This document shows positions 33,414 through 47,337 of a DNA stretch of 64,000 nucleotides, one piece after another. The DNA is from Candidatus Eiseniibacteriota bacterium (GTDB lineage: Bacteria > Eisenbacteria > RBG-16-71-46). Within the stretch, counting starts at the first letter, position 1, and each line of letters opens with the position of its first letter. The notes under the pieces are model-generated. The model was not told where the DNA came from. It saw nothing but the letters and a program-made list of their open reading frames with translations, and made no database searches. Location of the stretch: the NCBI GenBank assembly GCA_963744995.1, contig CAVUWA010000002.1, positions 640,001 to 704,000 of the forward strand, written 5' to 3'. A program made the translations under genes and the position numbers.

Positions 33414-34658
33414 TCAACGATGCCGCGCCGCCTGGCGGGCGCGCCGCATCGGCTGTGTGCTCCGCACGGACCGTGCGCCCTGCGCGGGCCTCCCGACGAG
33501 TTTCCAGAAGCGCTTCTCGTCGAGCAGCGTGATGCGGTGCCCGCGTTCACGCAGGCGCTTGATCTCCATCAGCTTGATGCCGGCATCGCGTCCCGCGGCC
33601 TGCTGCGCGTTGGGGCGGCCACGGACGACGACGCTCGTGCGCGCCGACGGTCCACCGTGGACGATCGCGCCCGCGCGTCTCGCGGCGAGCGCGGCCTCGC
33701 GCCGCGGGCGGGCGAGGATCCCGGTGAACGCGAGGTGCACGCCTGCAAGCGAGCGAATCGCGCCGGGTCTGAGCACCGCCGGCGGATGTCGCAGCGCGTC
33801 GATCAGCTCGTCGGCGCTCTGATAGCGCTTGCGGCGCTCGCCGATGCAGCGGTAGATGATTTCCTTCAGATGGTCGCCGCAGTCGAGGCCGCGCACCTCC
33901 GACGTCCTGAGCCGCGCGCCGGCGTCGCCCCTGACCAGCATGCCGATCAGCTGGCCGACCTGGTAGACGTCGTCACGCGCCTGCCACTTGGGCGCGGCGG
34001 CATCGAGCACCTCGCTCGGCGCCATGGAGGCGTTGAGCGTGCGGGCGGTCACGCCGCGGCGGTCGCTCTGCTGGCGGACGATGCCGAAGTCGCCGAGCTT
34101 GAGCGCCGGGCCATCGCAGACGAACACGTTCATCGGCGTGAGATCACGGTGCAGCAGCTGGCCGCGATGCAGGCGGCCGAGCACACCGAGGATTCCCGCG
34201 ATTTCGCGGCGCACCTTCGTTTCGGTCCAGCCGCGTGCGGTGCGCGCGAGGAACTTGCGCAGGTCGCCGTGCGGTGCGTACTCGAGGGCGAGGCAGTAGA
34301 ACACCCGGCCGCGGCGCTCGAGCAGCGGGAAGGTGTCGTAGACGCGGATCGCACGCGGGTGTCCGTCGAGCAGCCGGCCGAAGTAGGCCTCGCGCAGCCA
34401 GCCGTCGATGTGCGGGCTCACCTTGATGCACACGGTTCCCGCAACGCGGCTCGAGCGTCCGCGACGCCGCGCGAGGAACGCCTGTCCGAAGCCGCCGGCG
34501 CCGATCAGCCGTTCGATCCCGTAGGTGAGACCGGTCTCGGGACTTTCGATCGCGTCGCCCGGAGCGAGCCAGCGTTCGGCGGGACCGACACGGGCCCGCA
34601 CCGAATCCATGCTCACGGTGGTGGCGGTGGTCGTGTGTTTTCTGGATCTCGGGCGCAT
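33414..34658 (-). CDS. Soluble Hanks-type Ser/Thr kinase with C-terminal BRCT domain
   Basis: GAGGFG, VCIK, HRDLTPMN, DFG, D-VYQVG; C-terminal 'LAG...AFTG.L...R.EA......GA.V....S..TS.VV.G...G.KL...I.LLDE..F' BRCT pattern; GAGGA RBS. Confidence 0.85.
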   Translation of the reverse strand: MRPRSRKHTTTATTVSMDSVRARVGPAERWLAPGDAIESPETGLTYGIERLIGAGGFGQAFLARRRGRSSRVAGTVCIKVSPHIDGWLREAYFGRLLDGHPRAIRVYDTFPLLERRGRVFYCLALEYAPHGDLRKFLARTARGWTETKVRREIAGILGVLGRLHRGQLLHRDLTPMNVFVCDGPALKLGDFGIVRQQSDRRGVTARTLNASMAPSEVLDAAAPKWQARDDVYQVGQLIGMLVRGDAGARLRTSEVRGLDCGDHLKEIIYRCIGERRKRYQSADELIDALRHPPAVLRPGAIRSLAGVHLAFTGILARPRREAALAARRAGAIVHGGPSARTSVVVRGRPNAQQAAGRDAGIKLMEIKRLRERGHRITLLDEKRFWKLVGRPAQGARSVRSTQPMRRARQAARHR

Positions 34659-34797
34659 CGCTTCCTCGTGCGAGGCGGATCGTGCGGGGAAGTCGCATTG
34701 TAGCCGCAGCGTGCGCGGCCGGGAAGGCGCGCCGGCACGCGAAAGCCCCGCCGGGTTCCGGCAGGGCTTCGCGGCTGCACTCGCGTGCACGGAACGG

Positions 34798-35247
34798 CTA
34801 CAGCGGCCACTCCCGCAGCATGCGCTCGGTCTCTTCGTAATGCCTGCTTTCGTCGGCGACGATGTTCTCGATCTGCACCTGAAGTCCCTTGTCACCGAAC
34901 TGCTCCGCCTGCGCCGCCCGCTCGGTGTAGTCGGCACGCGCGCGCTTCTCGGCGTCGAGCACCTTCTCCAGCATCTCGCGGTTGGTGTGCGCGTCCGGCG
35001 TCGGGCGCGCCTTCGTCGTCGGCTCGCCGCCGAGGGCGACGATCTTGTTCGCGAGGTACTGGGCGTGGCCCTGCTCCTCGGGGACCTCGGCGAGGAAGAA
35101 CTGCGCAAGCTGCGGGCGATACGGTCCCGTGACCTTCGCCGCATAGACGATGTACTGCGTGATCGCGCCGAGTTCGCCGGCGAGATCCTCGTTGAGTTTT
35201 TCGATCAGGGTCTTCTTGTCGACAGGTGCATCCAGGGTCCTGGTCAT
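34798..35247 (-). CDS. Ferritin-like / bacterioferritin family protein
   Basis: 'LNEDLAGEL.AI.QY', 'EEQGHA', 'E....Y', 'DESRH' di-iron pattern. Confidence 0.88.
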   Translation of the reverse strand: MTRTLDAPVDKKTLIEKLNEDLAGELGAITQYIVYAAKVTGPYRPQLAQFFLAEVPEEQGHAQYLANKIVALGGEPTTKARPTPDAHTNREMLEKVLDAEKRARADYTERAAQAEQFGDKGLQVQIENIVADESRHYEETERMLREWPL

Positions 35248-35333
35248 GATCGCCTCTCTCCTTTCAAGTGATTGCCCTGTCATTAGATGCAGCGTCGGCC
35301 GGATCGATTCGAGACGGGTCCGGCGCCGCTGGA

Positions 35334-35552
35334 TCAGGTCGCCGAACGCGGCGACGAGCCGCCGGCGGCGGGCAGACCGAGCTTCCTCAGCAGCCGGAAC
35401 ATCGGACACGTTCCACTGAACGCCGACTGGATCAGGTTCAGACCCACGAACGCCGTGAACGCGAACCACCAGTGGTTCAACCAGATTCCAAGCGCGAGCG
35501 AAATCACGATGAACAGACCCGCCACGCCGCGCACACCATCATCGACTGTCAT
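35334..35552 (-). CDS. DUF2892 (YgaP-like) membrane protein
   Basis: 'R.VAG', 'FTAFVGLNL.QSAFSG.CP....LRKLG'. Confidence 0.9.
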   Translation of the reverse strand: MTVDDGVRGVAGLFIVISLALGIWLNHWWFAFTAFVGLNLIQSAFSGTCPMFRLLRKLGLPAAGGSSPRSAT

Positions 35553-35576
35553 ACGACGCATCCTTCATTCCTCCGT

Positions 35577-35860
35577 CTATGCCTGCCGTTCGACCGGCAG
35601 GACGAACAGCCGGGTCACGCGGTCTTCCGCCGCGTCACGCCGGCGCACCATTTCTTCGAACATGTGATCCGTTGCGGCGTCCTCGGCGACGACGAACACG
35701 GACACCAGACCGCCGGGATGAACGCGGTCGCCCGTGTGCAGCCCGGTGCGGCCCGCGCCCTCGAGCACCGGCAGCGCGCTGTACCCGGTGGCGCCGAGCT
35801 CGACGAGATCGGCCTTCACCGCGTCGAAGCGCGCGGCGTCCGCGAGCACCAGCAGCATCT

Positions 35861-35864
<4 letters not shown>
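35577..35864 (-). CDS. P-II-like transporter-associated protein (PG0541-like)
   Basis: 95 aa; 'GATGYS...V.EGAGRTGLHTG..VHPG', C-terminal 'LFVLPVE'; coupled to RND gene by ATGA overlap. Confidence 0.7.
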
Positions 35865-39096
<3,232 letters not shown>

Positions 39097-39100
<4 letters not shown>

Positions 39101-40206
39101 TCGGCGACCTTCACGGGGCGGCCGTCGGCGAGACCGTCCGGATCCGTCGCGATGCGTTCGCCCGGCGCGAGGCCGGCCAGCACTTCGGCGCGGCCGTCCG
39201 CTTCGCGGCCGACGCGCAGCCAGCGCAGCCATGCGTGGTCGTCGCGCAGCACGTAGACGCCGGTGAGCGAGCCGCGCCGGATCAGCGCGGCGGCCGGCAC
39301 GATGATCGGCTCGGCCATCGCGCTGTCGGGAACCCCGCCGCCGGTGAGCCGTATGCGCGCGTAGCCGCCGGCTTCGAGCCGCGCGTGCGCGTCGGGCCGG
39401 AAGTAGGCGAGACGCGTACGCGTCGCCGGATCCGTCATGCCGTCCACGCGCACGATCGTCGCCGGATGCCATGGGCCGTCGCCGACCTGGTACGCGGCGG
39501 TGGCGCCGTCGAGGCCGGGCAGCGCTGACTCGGGCACGGCCGCTTCGATCTCGCCGACTTCGCGTGAACGCAGATCGAGAATCGGCTGGCCCGGGGTCAG
39601 CGTCTGGCCCGGGTCCACGTGGCGCCGCGACACGACGCCGTCGAAGGGCGCGGTGAGCGCGGCGTTTTCTTCCCACGATTGCAAGGCGGCACGCGCGCTC
39701 GAGAACGCGGCTTCGGCGGCCTGGCGTCCGACCGAAGCCATCTCGAGGTCGCGCTTCGCCGCCACGTTCTGCTCGAACAGCGTCCGCATGCGGGCTTCGT
39801 CCGTGCGCGCCTGCTCGACGCGCACGCGCGCCGCCTCGAGCGCTTCACGCGCCGACTGCACGGCATCGCGGGTCTCGGGCGCATCGAGGCGGGCGAGCAC
39901 CTGGCCCTTGCGGAACGGCGCGCCTTCACGCAGCGGCAGCGCGGTCAGGCGCCCGGTGATGCGCGAGGTGAGGGTGACTTCTTCGCGGGCCTTGATCCGG
40001 CCGGGCAGCACCAGCCCGCCGAGCGTGCCGGAATCGCCGGTCGTGAACGCGTGCACCGTGACCGCCGGGGCGGTGTCGCCGGCGGCGCCGTGCGAGGCCG
40101 TTTCACCGCCACAGCCGGCAGCCAGCAGCGCTGCACCGAGCAGGATGATCGAAAGCCCGGCCGCGGCGCGCGCCGTGACCGGACGTGTCCAGAATCTCGA
40201 GTCCAT
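39097..40206 (-). CDS. RND efflux periplasmic adaptor (membrane fusion lipoprotein)
   Basis: Lipobox AAGC; 'G..F.KGQVLARLD', 'APFDGVV', 'DPATRT'. Confidence 0.93.
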
Positions 40207-40326
40207 GGGGTTTGCTCTCTCCCGATCCGGCGGACGCACCGCCCGTCCCTCACCGCCCGGCCTTTGCTAGGATGGCCGCGGCCCGTCGTGACTTCGGCAA
40301 CAAGCTCGTATCGATGGGTGAGTGCA

Positions 40327-40347
40327 CGAATCCGGACAAAGGATTCG
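40327..40347. promoter_or_regulatory. Palindromic operator/promoter element between divergent RND operon and ECF gene
   Basis: CGAATCC-GGACAAA-GGATTCG perfect 7-7-7 inverted repeat. Confidence 0.45.
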
Positions 40348-40586
40348 GCTGACGTTGAAAGCGATTGCAATCAAATGGGCTACGGACGAAATCGAGGCCG
40401 GGTCGAAAGCCGGCGTGCGGGTGCCCGGGCCACCGCTGGGAGCGGGATGCAGATGGCGAAGTTCGAGACGCAGGGGAGCGGGGCCGGCGCGACCGAAGGC
40501 ACCGCCGTGGCCACCGGCGGGGAGACGTGCGGGGGCGGCCGCACGTCCATGACCCCGATGAGGTGTCCGGCCGCAGGGGCAGGCGC

Positions 40587-41582
40587 GTGACGCGCGCGAC
40601 GGGTTCGGCGGCCACGGCGGGCGCCGCGGCGGATGCGGCGTTCGTGCGCATGCGCCGCGATCTCGAAGCGGCAGGTGCGCCGCGCGGCGCCACGCGTGAC
40701 GAGGAGCGCCGCCTGCTCGACGCGGCGAAGGCCGGCGATCCACGGGCGACGCGCCGGCTGCTCGACGGGGTTTCGGGCACGGTCTACCGCTTCGGCGTGA
40801 GCTTCTGCCGCGACCCGCACGACGCGGAGGACGTGATGCAGGACGTGTTCGCGGCCCTGGCTTCGAGTCTCGGCAGCTTCCGCGGTGACGCCTCGCTCTC
40901 GAGCTGGGCGTACGTCGTGGCGCGGCGGGCCTGTGCGCGCCGCCGCCGGCATCGCGCGGCCGAGCGCGATCGCGTGGCTTCGCTCGATTCGCCCCGCGAG
41001 GGGGGTGGCGCACGCGAAGTGGCCGACGAGCGCGGCGATCCGGCGCGGCTCACCGAGGCGCGCGAGCTGCGCGAGGTGCTGGAGCGCGCGATCCGCGACC
41101 TGCCCGGGGCGCAGCGCGACGTGCTCATGTTGCGTGACGTCGAAGGGCTGCCGACTCGCGAGGTCGCGCGGATGCTCGGCATGAATCAGCGTGCGGTGAA
41201 GTCACGGCTGCACCGCGCGCGGCTCGCCGTGCGTGCCCGCGTCGCCGCGTACCGGCGCGGCTCGGTTCAGCGTCCGCCCGGCTGCCCGGACACACCGCGC
41301 CTGCTCAGCCGGTTCCTCGAAGGCGAGATGACGGCTCGCGACTGTGCCGCGATCGAACGACACGTCGCCGGCTGCCGCTGGTGCCGGGCCGCGTGCACGG
41401 GGCTGCAGGACACGCTGCGGGCCTGCCGGCGCTGGGGCGACGCCCCGGTGCCGCGGACGATGCGCGCGCGTCTGCGCCGCGCCGTGCGCGCCGCGGTCGG
41501 CGGCGACGGCGCCGCACGACGCGGCACGCGCCGCCCCGCCCGCCGCCGTCCGACTGTTGCCGCGCGCGGAACGAGGTCGTAG
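40587..41582 (+). CDS. ECF sigma factor with fused C-terminal zf-HC2 (ZAS anti-sigma-like) domain
   Basis: Region 2 'DAEDVMQDVF..F.G..SLSSW.Y', region 4 'LRDVEGL...EVA..LG....AVKSRLHRAR', then 'C......SRFLEGE......IERHVAGCRWC'; start position uncertain. Confidence 0.88.
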   Translation: MTRATGSAATAGAAADAAFVRMRRDLEAAGAPRGATRDEERRLLDAAKAGDPRATRRLLDGVSGTVYRFGVSFCRDPHDAEDVMQDVFAALASSLGSFRGDASLSSWAYVVARRACARRRRHRAAERDRVASLDSPREGGGAREVADERGDPARLTEARELREVLERAIRDLPGAQRDVLMLRDVEGLPTREVARMLGMNQRAVKSRLHRARLAVRARVAAYRRGSVQRPPGCPDTPRLLSRFLEGEMTARDCAAIERHVAGCRWCRAACTGLQDTLRACRRWGDAPVPRTMRARLRRAVRAAVGGDGAARRGTRRPARRRPTVAARGTRS

Positions 41583-41630
41583 GCTGCGGGGTCGCCGACA
41601 CGCAGCACCATCCCCGATCAGGAGGCGCCG

Positions 41631-42005
41631 ATGTCGAACTCCCCGGACACCGCCGTTCCCGGCCGCCGGCAATTCTTGAAGGTCGTCGGTCTGGCCGGGC
41701 TCTCGTCCACGCTCGCCGCTCCGCTCGCGTTCGCCGCCGCCGGGGAGCCGGCCCGGGACAAGGCGCCCGCGAACGCGCAGGCGAAGCCCGCCCCGCCCGC
41801 GCCGGCGTCCGACCAGCCGCCCGAGATCTCCGACGAGGGCCGTGCGCTCGCCGAAGTCGTCCGCGTGCGCTACGGCGATCACCTCAACGCGGACCAGATG
41901 AGCGAGATCCAGAAGGAGCTCACGTGGCGCATGCGCGCGGGCGCCGCGCTGCGCCGATTCAAGCTCGCGAACGGCGACGAACCCGACTTCATCTTCAAGG
42001 CGTGA
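41631..42005 (+). CDS. Small Tat-signal protein, probable amidase partner subunit
   Basis: AGGAGG RBS; twin-arginine 'GRRQFLK'; Ala/Pro linker; C-terminal 'LRRFKLANGDEPDFIF'. Confidence 0.8.
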   Translation: MSNSPDTAVPGRRQFLKVVGLAGLSSTLAAPLAFAAAGEPARDKAPANAQAKPAPPAPASDQPPEISDEGRALAEVVRVRYGDHLNADQMSEIQKELTWRMRAGAALRRFKLANGDEPDFIFKA

Positions 42006-42012
42006 GGCGACG

Positions 42013-43419
42013 ATGATCGACGAGAAGCTGTTCTTCACGCCCATCCGCGACATCGCCTACATGATCCGCAGGAACGAGGTGTCGCCCGTCGACCTGACCG
42101 CGGCGTGCCTCGACCGGCTCGAAACGCACGGGCGCCGTCTCAACGCGGTGGCGACGCTGATGCGCGACGCCGCCATGGCCGAGGCGCGCGAGGCCGAGCG
42201 CGAGATCCGCCGCGGCCGCTACCGCAGCCTTCTGCACGGCATTCCCTACGGCGTCAAGGACCTGCTCGCGACACGCGGGGTGCCGACGACGTGGGGCGCG
42301 GTGCCCTACCGTGATCAGGTGTTCGACTACGACGCGACGATCGTCGCGAAGCTGCGCGAATCGGGCGCGGTGCTGTGCGCGAAACTCGCCATGGTCGAAC
42401 TCGCGGGGGGCATGGGCTACAACGAGGCCAACGCCTCGTGGACGGGCCCCGGCCTCACGCCGTGGAACACGAAGTACTGGAGCGGCGGCTCCTCGAGCGG
42501 CCCCGGCGCGGCGGTGGCGTCCGGCTGCCTTCCGTTCGCGATCGGCTCCGAGACCTCGGGCTCGATCCTCACGCCGAGTGCGTTCTGCGGCGTGACCGGT
42601 CTGCGTCCGACCTACGGTCTCGTGTCCCGGCACGGCGCGATGGCATTGAGCTGGACGCTCGACAAGCTCGGCCCGATGGCGCGCTCGGCGGACGACTGCG
42701 CGCTCGTGCTGGCGGCGATCTCGGGACGGGATTCACACGACGAAACCAGCGTGGACCGGCGCTTCGTCTACACGCGCCGCGCGCTCGTGCCACATTCGCG
42801 CATGCGCATCGCGGTGCCGAAGGATGCCACGGAAGGCGTCCAGGCTGAGGTGCGCGAGAACTTCGAGGCGTCGATGAAGGTGATCGGCGACTGGTGCGAC
42901 ATCACCCGCGACGTCGAATGGCCCGATCTGCCCTGGGGCCCCGCGGTGTCGGCGATCGTCGCGGGCGAAGGCTCGGCCGCGTTCATCGACCTGATCGAGG
43001 CCGGTCGCGTGAAGGAACTCACCTGCCCGAAGGACCGCCACGGCGGCTACGCGGGCGCCGTGATTCCGGCCGTCGACTACATCCAGGCGATGCGCGTGCG
43101 CAAGCCGATGCAGCAGGCGGTGGCGAAGCTGTTCGAGCACTTCGACGCGATCGCGGCGCCCACGCGCTCCACGGTCGCCTATCCGGCGGACGTCACCTTC
43201 GACAAAGCGTACCCGGGCGTGCGCAGCGGACCGCCGCTGATTCCCGCGGGGAATCTGATCGGCGCACCCGCGATCGCCATGCCCAACGGATTCGGGGAGA
43301 ACGGGCTGCCGACTTCCGTGTCGTTCATGGGCCCGGCTTTTTCGGAAGAGAAACTCGTGCAGATCGGCGTCGGCTACCAGGATCGCACCGACTGGCACCT
43401 GCGCCAGCCGCCGGCATGA
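42013..43419 (+). CDS. Amidase signature family protein (GatA/AtzE-like)
   Basis: 'LHGIPYGVKD', 'GGSSSG', 'IGSETSGSI' (K-S-S triad). Confidence 0.93.
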   Translation: MIDEKLFFTPIRDIAYMIRRNEVSPVDLTAACLDRLETHGRRLNAVATLMRDAAMAEAREAEREIRRGRYRSLLHGIPYGVKDLLATRGVPTTWGAVPYRDQVFDYDATIVAKLRESGAVLCAKLAMVELAGGMGYNEANASWTGPGLTPWNTKYWSGGSSSGPGAAVASGCLPFAIGSETSGSILTPSAFCGVTGLRPTYGLVSRHGAMALSWTLDKLGPMARSADDCALVLAAISGRDSHDETSVDRRFVYTRRALVPHSRMRIAVPKDATEGVQAEVRENFEASMKVIGDWCDITRDVEWPDLPWGPAVSAIVAGEGSAAFIDLIEAGRVKELTCPKDRHGGYAGAVIPAVDYIQAMRVRKPMQQAVAKLFEHFDAIAAPTRSTVAYPADVTFDKAYPGVRSGPPLIPAGNLIGAPAIAMPNGFGENGLPTSVSFMGPAFSEEKLVQIGVGYQDRTDWHLRQPPA

Positions 43420-43484
43420 GAAGGCATCGCCCACCCCGTCGCACGCCGGTCACGGCGCGCGGCGTTCACGAAGGAGAACAGGTC

Positions 43485-43856
43485 ATGAAGATCCACCGTG
43501 GAATCCCCATGCTGCTCGCGGCACTCGCGCTTGCGATGGCCGTCGCGGGCTGCGCCAGTCCCGTGGACCAGGTCGTGAAGAACGACGAGATGCGCGGTCA
43601 GATGATGGACAAGATCAGCGGCAACGCCGCGATGACCGTGGACCTCATGAAGCGCCTGCTCGGCTCGGAGGAGTCGCAGGGCATCGTGCTCGATCAGGTG
43701 CTGAGCAACACCGACGCGACCCAGTCGCTCATGCTGCGCATGGCGAAGGACCAGACGATGGTGGACGGCATCCTCAACACGGCCATGCAGGATCCTGCAA
43801 TGCGCGAACACCTGGTGACGCTGTTCAAGGGCGTGCAGATGGCGGGAGGGAAGTAG
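43485..43856 (+). CDS. Met-rich helical lipoprotein
   Basis: AAGGAG RBS; lipobox VAGC; 11 Met in the about 100-aa mature part. Confidence 0.75.
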   Translation: MKIHRGIPMLLAALALAMAVAGCASPVDQVVKNDEMRGQMMDKISGNAAMTVDLMKRLLGSEESQGIVLDQVLSNTDATQSLMLRMAKDQTMVDGILNTAMQDPAMREHLVTLFKGVQMAGGK

Positions 43857-43953
43857 CCATGCCGACCGCGGCGGGCGCCCGGCCCTCGTGCCGGGCGCCA
43901 CGTCCGGGCCGGCCGGGTCCGCGCGCGCCGTTCCGCCGGCGGGGTCGGGCCTC

Positions 43954-45576
<1,623 letters not shown>

Positions 45577-45609
45577 GCGAGCTGAAGTCGTGGCTGGGAC
45601 GGAGGGCGA

Positions 45610-46098
45610 TGGAACGCCCTGGCGCGGCGGGCGACTCGCGACGCGGTGTGCCTGCTGGCGCCGAAGCTCACGCCAAAGATCGCGGACGAGCTGCTGGCGG
45701 CGGCCACCGGCCGTTCGAAGCGGGCGCTGAAACTGTACCTGGCGAATCGGTTTCCAACGCCGGACCTGGTGATGGCGGTGGCCCGCCTCGAGCCGGCCGG
45801 GGCAGCGTTACGTTCCCCGGGGAACGTCACTGAGCCGCCGATGGCACGTGCCCCGGAGGAGGTCGCCCCGACGTCGCGCCCGCAGGTGGCGCCGCTCGCG
45901 CCGGAGCGCTACGGAGTGCGTTTCACGATGGGACAGGCGACGCATGAAGCGAAGCAGGCGTTCGAGCAGCTGGCGGGCAGGAAGGTGACGCCGGAGCAGA
46001 TGAACGAGGCGCTGCGGCGCGGCTTCGAAGCCATGGCTGCGGCGATCGAGAAGCGACGCTTCGCCGCGACCGACCGGCCGCGCCGCACCGAATGCTAG
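45610..46098 (+). pseudogene. Degenerate internal fragment of a DUF222-like/HNH-endonuclease family gene
   Basis: 'AVCLLAP.LT...ADELLAAAT.RSKR', 'PLAPERY...FT.G', 'EKRRFAATDRPR' resemble the middle of a multicopy HNH family; no N-terminus and no HNH domain. Confidence 0.6.
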
Positions 46099-46334
46099 CT
46101 GCCGCCGTTGCGCTCCCGCAGGTGTCCGAACCCCGAATCCTCGCCGAGCATCTGGTCGTCGACCCACGCGTCGATGACGCTTCTGCGGAAGCGCCATTCC
46201 TTGCCGAGCTTGGCGGCAGGGATGCGCTTCTCCTGCGCCCACTTGTAGATCGTCTGCGGCTTGAGGCGCAGGTAATGGGCGACCTCTTCGATCGTCATGA
46301 TCTCGTGATCGGATGCCGAAGCGTGGTCGGTCAT
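46095..46334 (-). CDS. Excisionase/BldC-like helix-turn-helix (HTH_17) DNA-binding protein
   Basis: 'IMTIEEVAHYLRL...TIYKWA....IPA.KLG.EWRF....ID.W'. Confidence 0.92.
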   Translation of the reverse strand: MTDHASASDHEIMTIEEVAHYLRLKPQTIYKWAQEKRIPAAKLGKEWRFRRSVIDAWVDDQMLGEDSGFGHLRERNGGS

Positions 46335-47152
46335 CAGCGTCCCTGTGCGGTGTCCGGCGCCTGGAGCACGCGGGCGTCGGGAATGCGCATCGTCGCGCCG
46401 CTTCCGGAGGACGCGTCCTCCGCCTTGCCCTGGCCGTGGGCGAGCTTTTCGAGCGAGTACACGATCGCCGTATAGAAGTTGCCCTCGCCGTGACGGAACA
46501 GCTGGAACGCCTCGCCGCGATCACCGACGAACGGCTGCAGGTTCCACGCCATCTGGATTCCGACGAACGCGAACAGCACGGCCCATGCCTTCATGATGGC
46601 CATGGCCTTCTTCGGGTACACGCCGCGCTGCTCGCACGCATAGGCGAGGCCCTCGTGCAGCGCCGCCATGCCGATCAGTCCCGCGCCGAGCACGATGACC
46701 ACGTGCAGCAGCGTGAGGAAATAGTAGTTCGCGCCGGTCAACAGAAAGAACATCGTCACCGGAACGACGGCAGCGAGGAGGATCGCGCTCAGCGCCAGCG
46801 CGCCCATCACCAGCGCGAGCACCTGAGCGAGCCGCAGGCGCGAGCCCACCAGCACCTGCACGACGAAAAAGCCGGGGAAACAGATCAGCAGCGTCCCTAG
46901 GAACAGCACCGGAAGCTTCACCGCGGCCGAGACCGACTGCCATGGTCCGGCGTAGGCGCCGGCAGCGGCGCCGTAGAGGGCGAGCAGCACGATGAGCGTG
47001 CCCGCCGCATGGCGCAGCTTCACGCCGAGCGCCTCGCCCGCCGCGACCTCGGCATAGAACTGCTCGCGATCACTCAGGATCTGGGAAACGAACGCTCCGA
47101 AGCCGGAATGGACGGGGGCCGTTCCAACCGCGTGCGTGGGGTTCGAAGTCAT
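46334..47152 (-). CDS. YIP1-like multi-pass membrane protein (family often labelled 'actin-binding WH2')
   Basis: GGAGG RBS; 'SAAVKLP.LFL.TL.IC.P', 'FVG.QMAW.L.PFVG', 'F.LFR..EGNFY'. Confidence 0.8.
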   Translation of the reverse strand: MTSNPTHAVGTAPVHSGFGAFVSQILSDREQFYAEVAAGEALGVKLRHAAGTLIVLLALYGAAAGAYAGPWQSVSAAVKLPVLFLGTLLICFPGFFVVQVLVGSRLRLAQVLALVMGALALSAILLAAVVPVTMFFLLTGANYYFLTLLHVVIVLGAGLIGMAALHEGLAYACEQRGVYPKKAMAIMKAWAVLFAFVGIQMAWNLQPFVGDRGEAFQLFRHGEGNFYTAIVYSLEKLAHGQGKAEDASSGSGATMRIPDARVLQAPDTAQGR

Positions 47153-47201
47153 GCGGCACCTCCTGGGTGGAGACGCAACGATCCGCCCGGAATATGCCAT
47201 T

Positions 47202-47243
47202 TGTCAATGTATATTATTGTTTGCTGCTGTTTGGTGCTGCTTT
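47202..47243 (-). promoter_or_regulatory. AT-rich promoter with TTGACA and three phased 10-bp direct repeats
   Basis: TTGACA (minus, 47202-47207); plus-strand ATTATTGTTT/GCTGCTGTTT/GGTGCTGCTT at 47213-47242. Confidence 0.55.
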
Positions 47244-47337
47244 AATCTCTGGAGGAGCGAGGCGGCGTCGGCGGGGCGCTCGGGTACTGGATCGGCCCGC
47301 GGCGCCGGATCGGCCACCGGTCACCGGACGGCTCCGG

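Noticed and set aside
34659..35144. N-terminal extension of the kinase ORF
   Set aside because: Off-frame overlap with the ferritin-like gene; RBS-supported ATG at 34658
41631..43419. gatCA of the Glu-tRNA amidotransferase
   Set aside because: No gatB follows, the small protein has a Tat signal, and the amidase lacks the GatA 'DEFAMGS' motif
46095..46334. Prophage or ICE suggested by an excisionase-like gene
   Set aside because: No integrase, att site, tRNA or phage genes in the window
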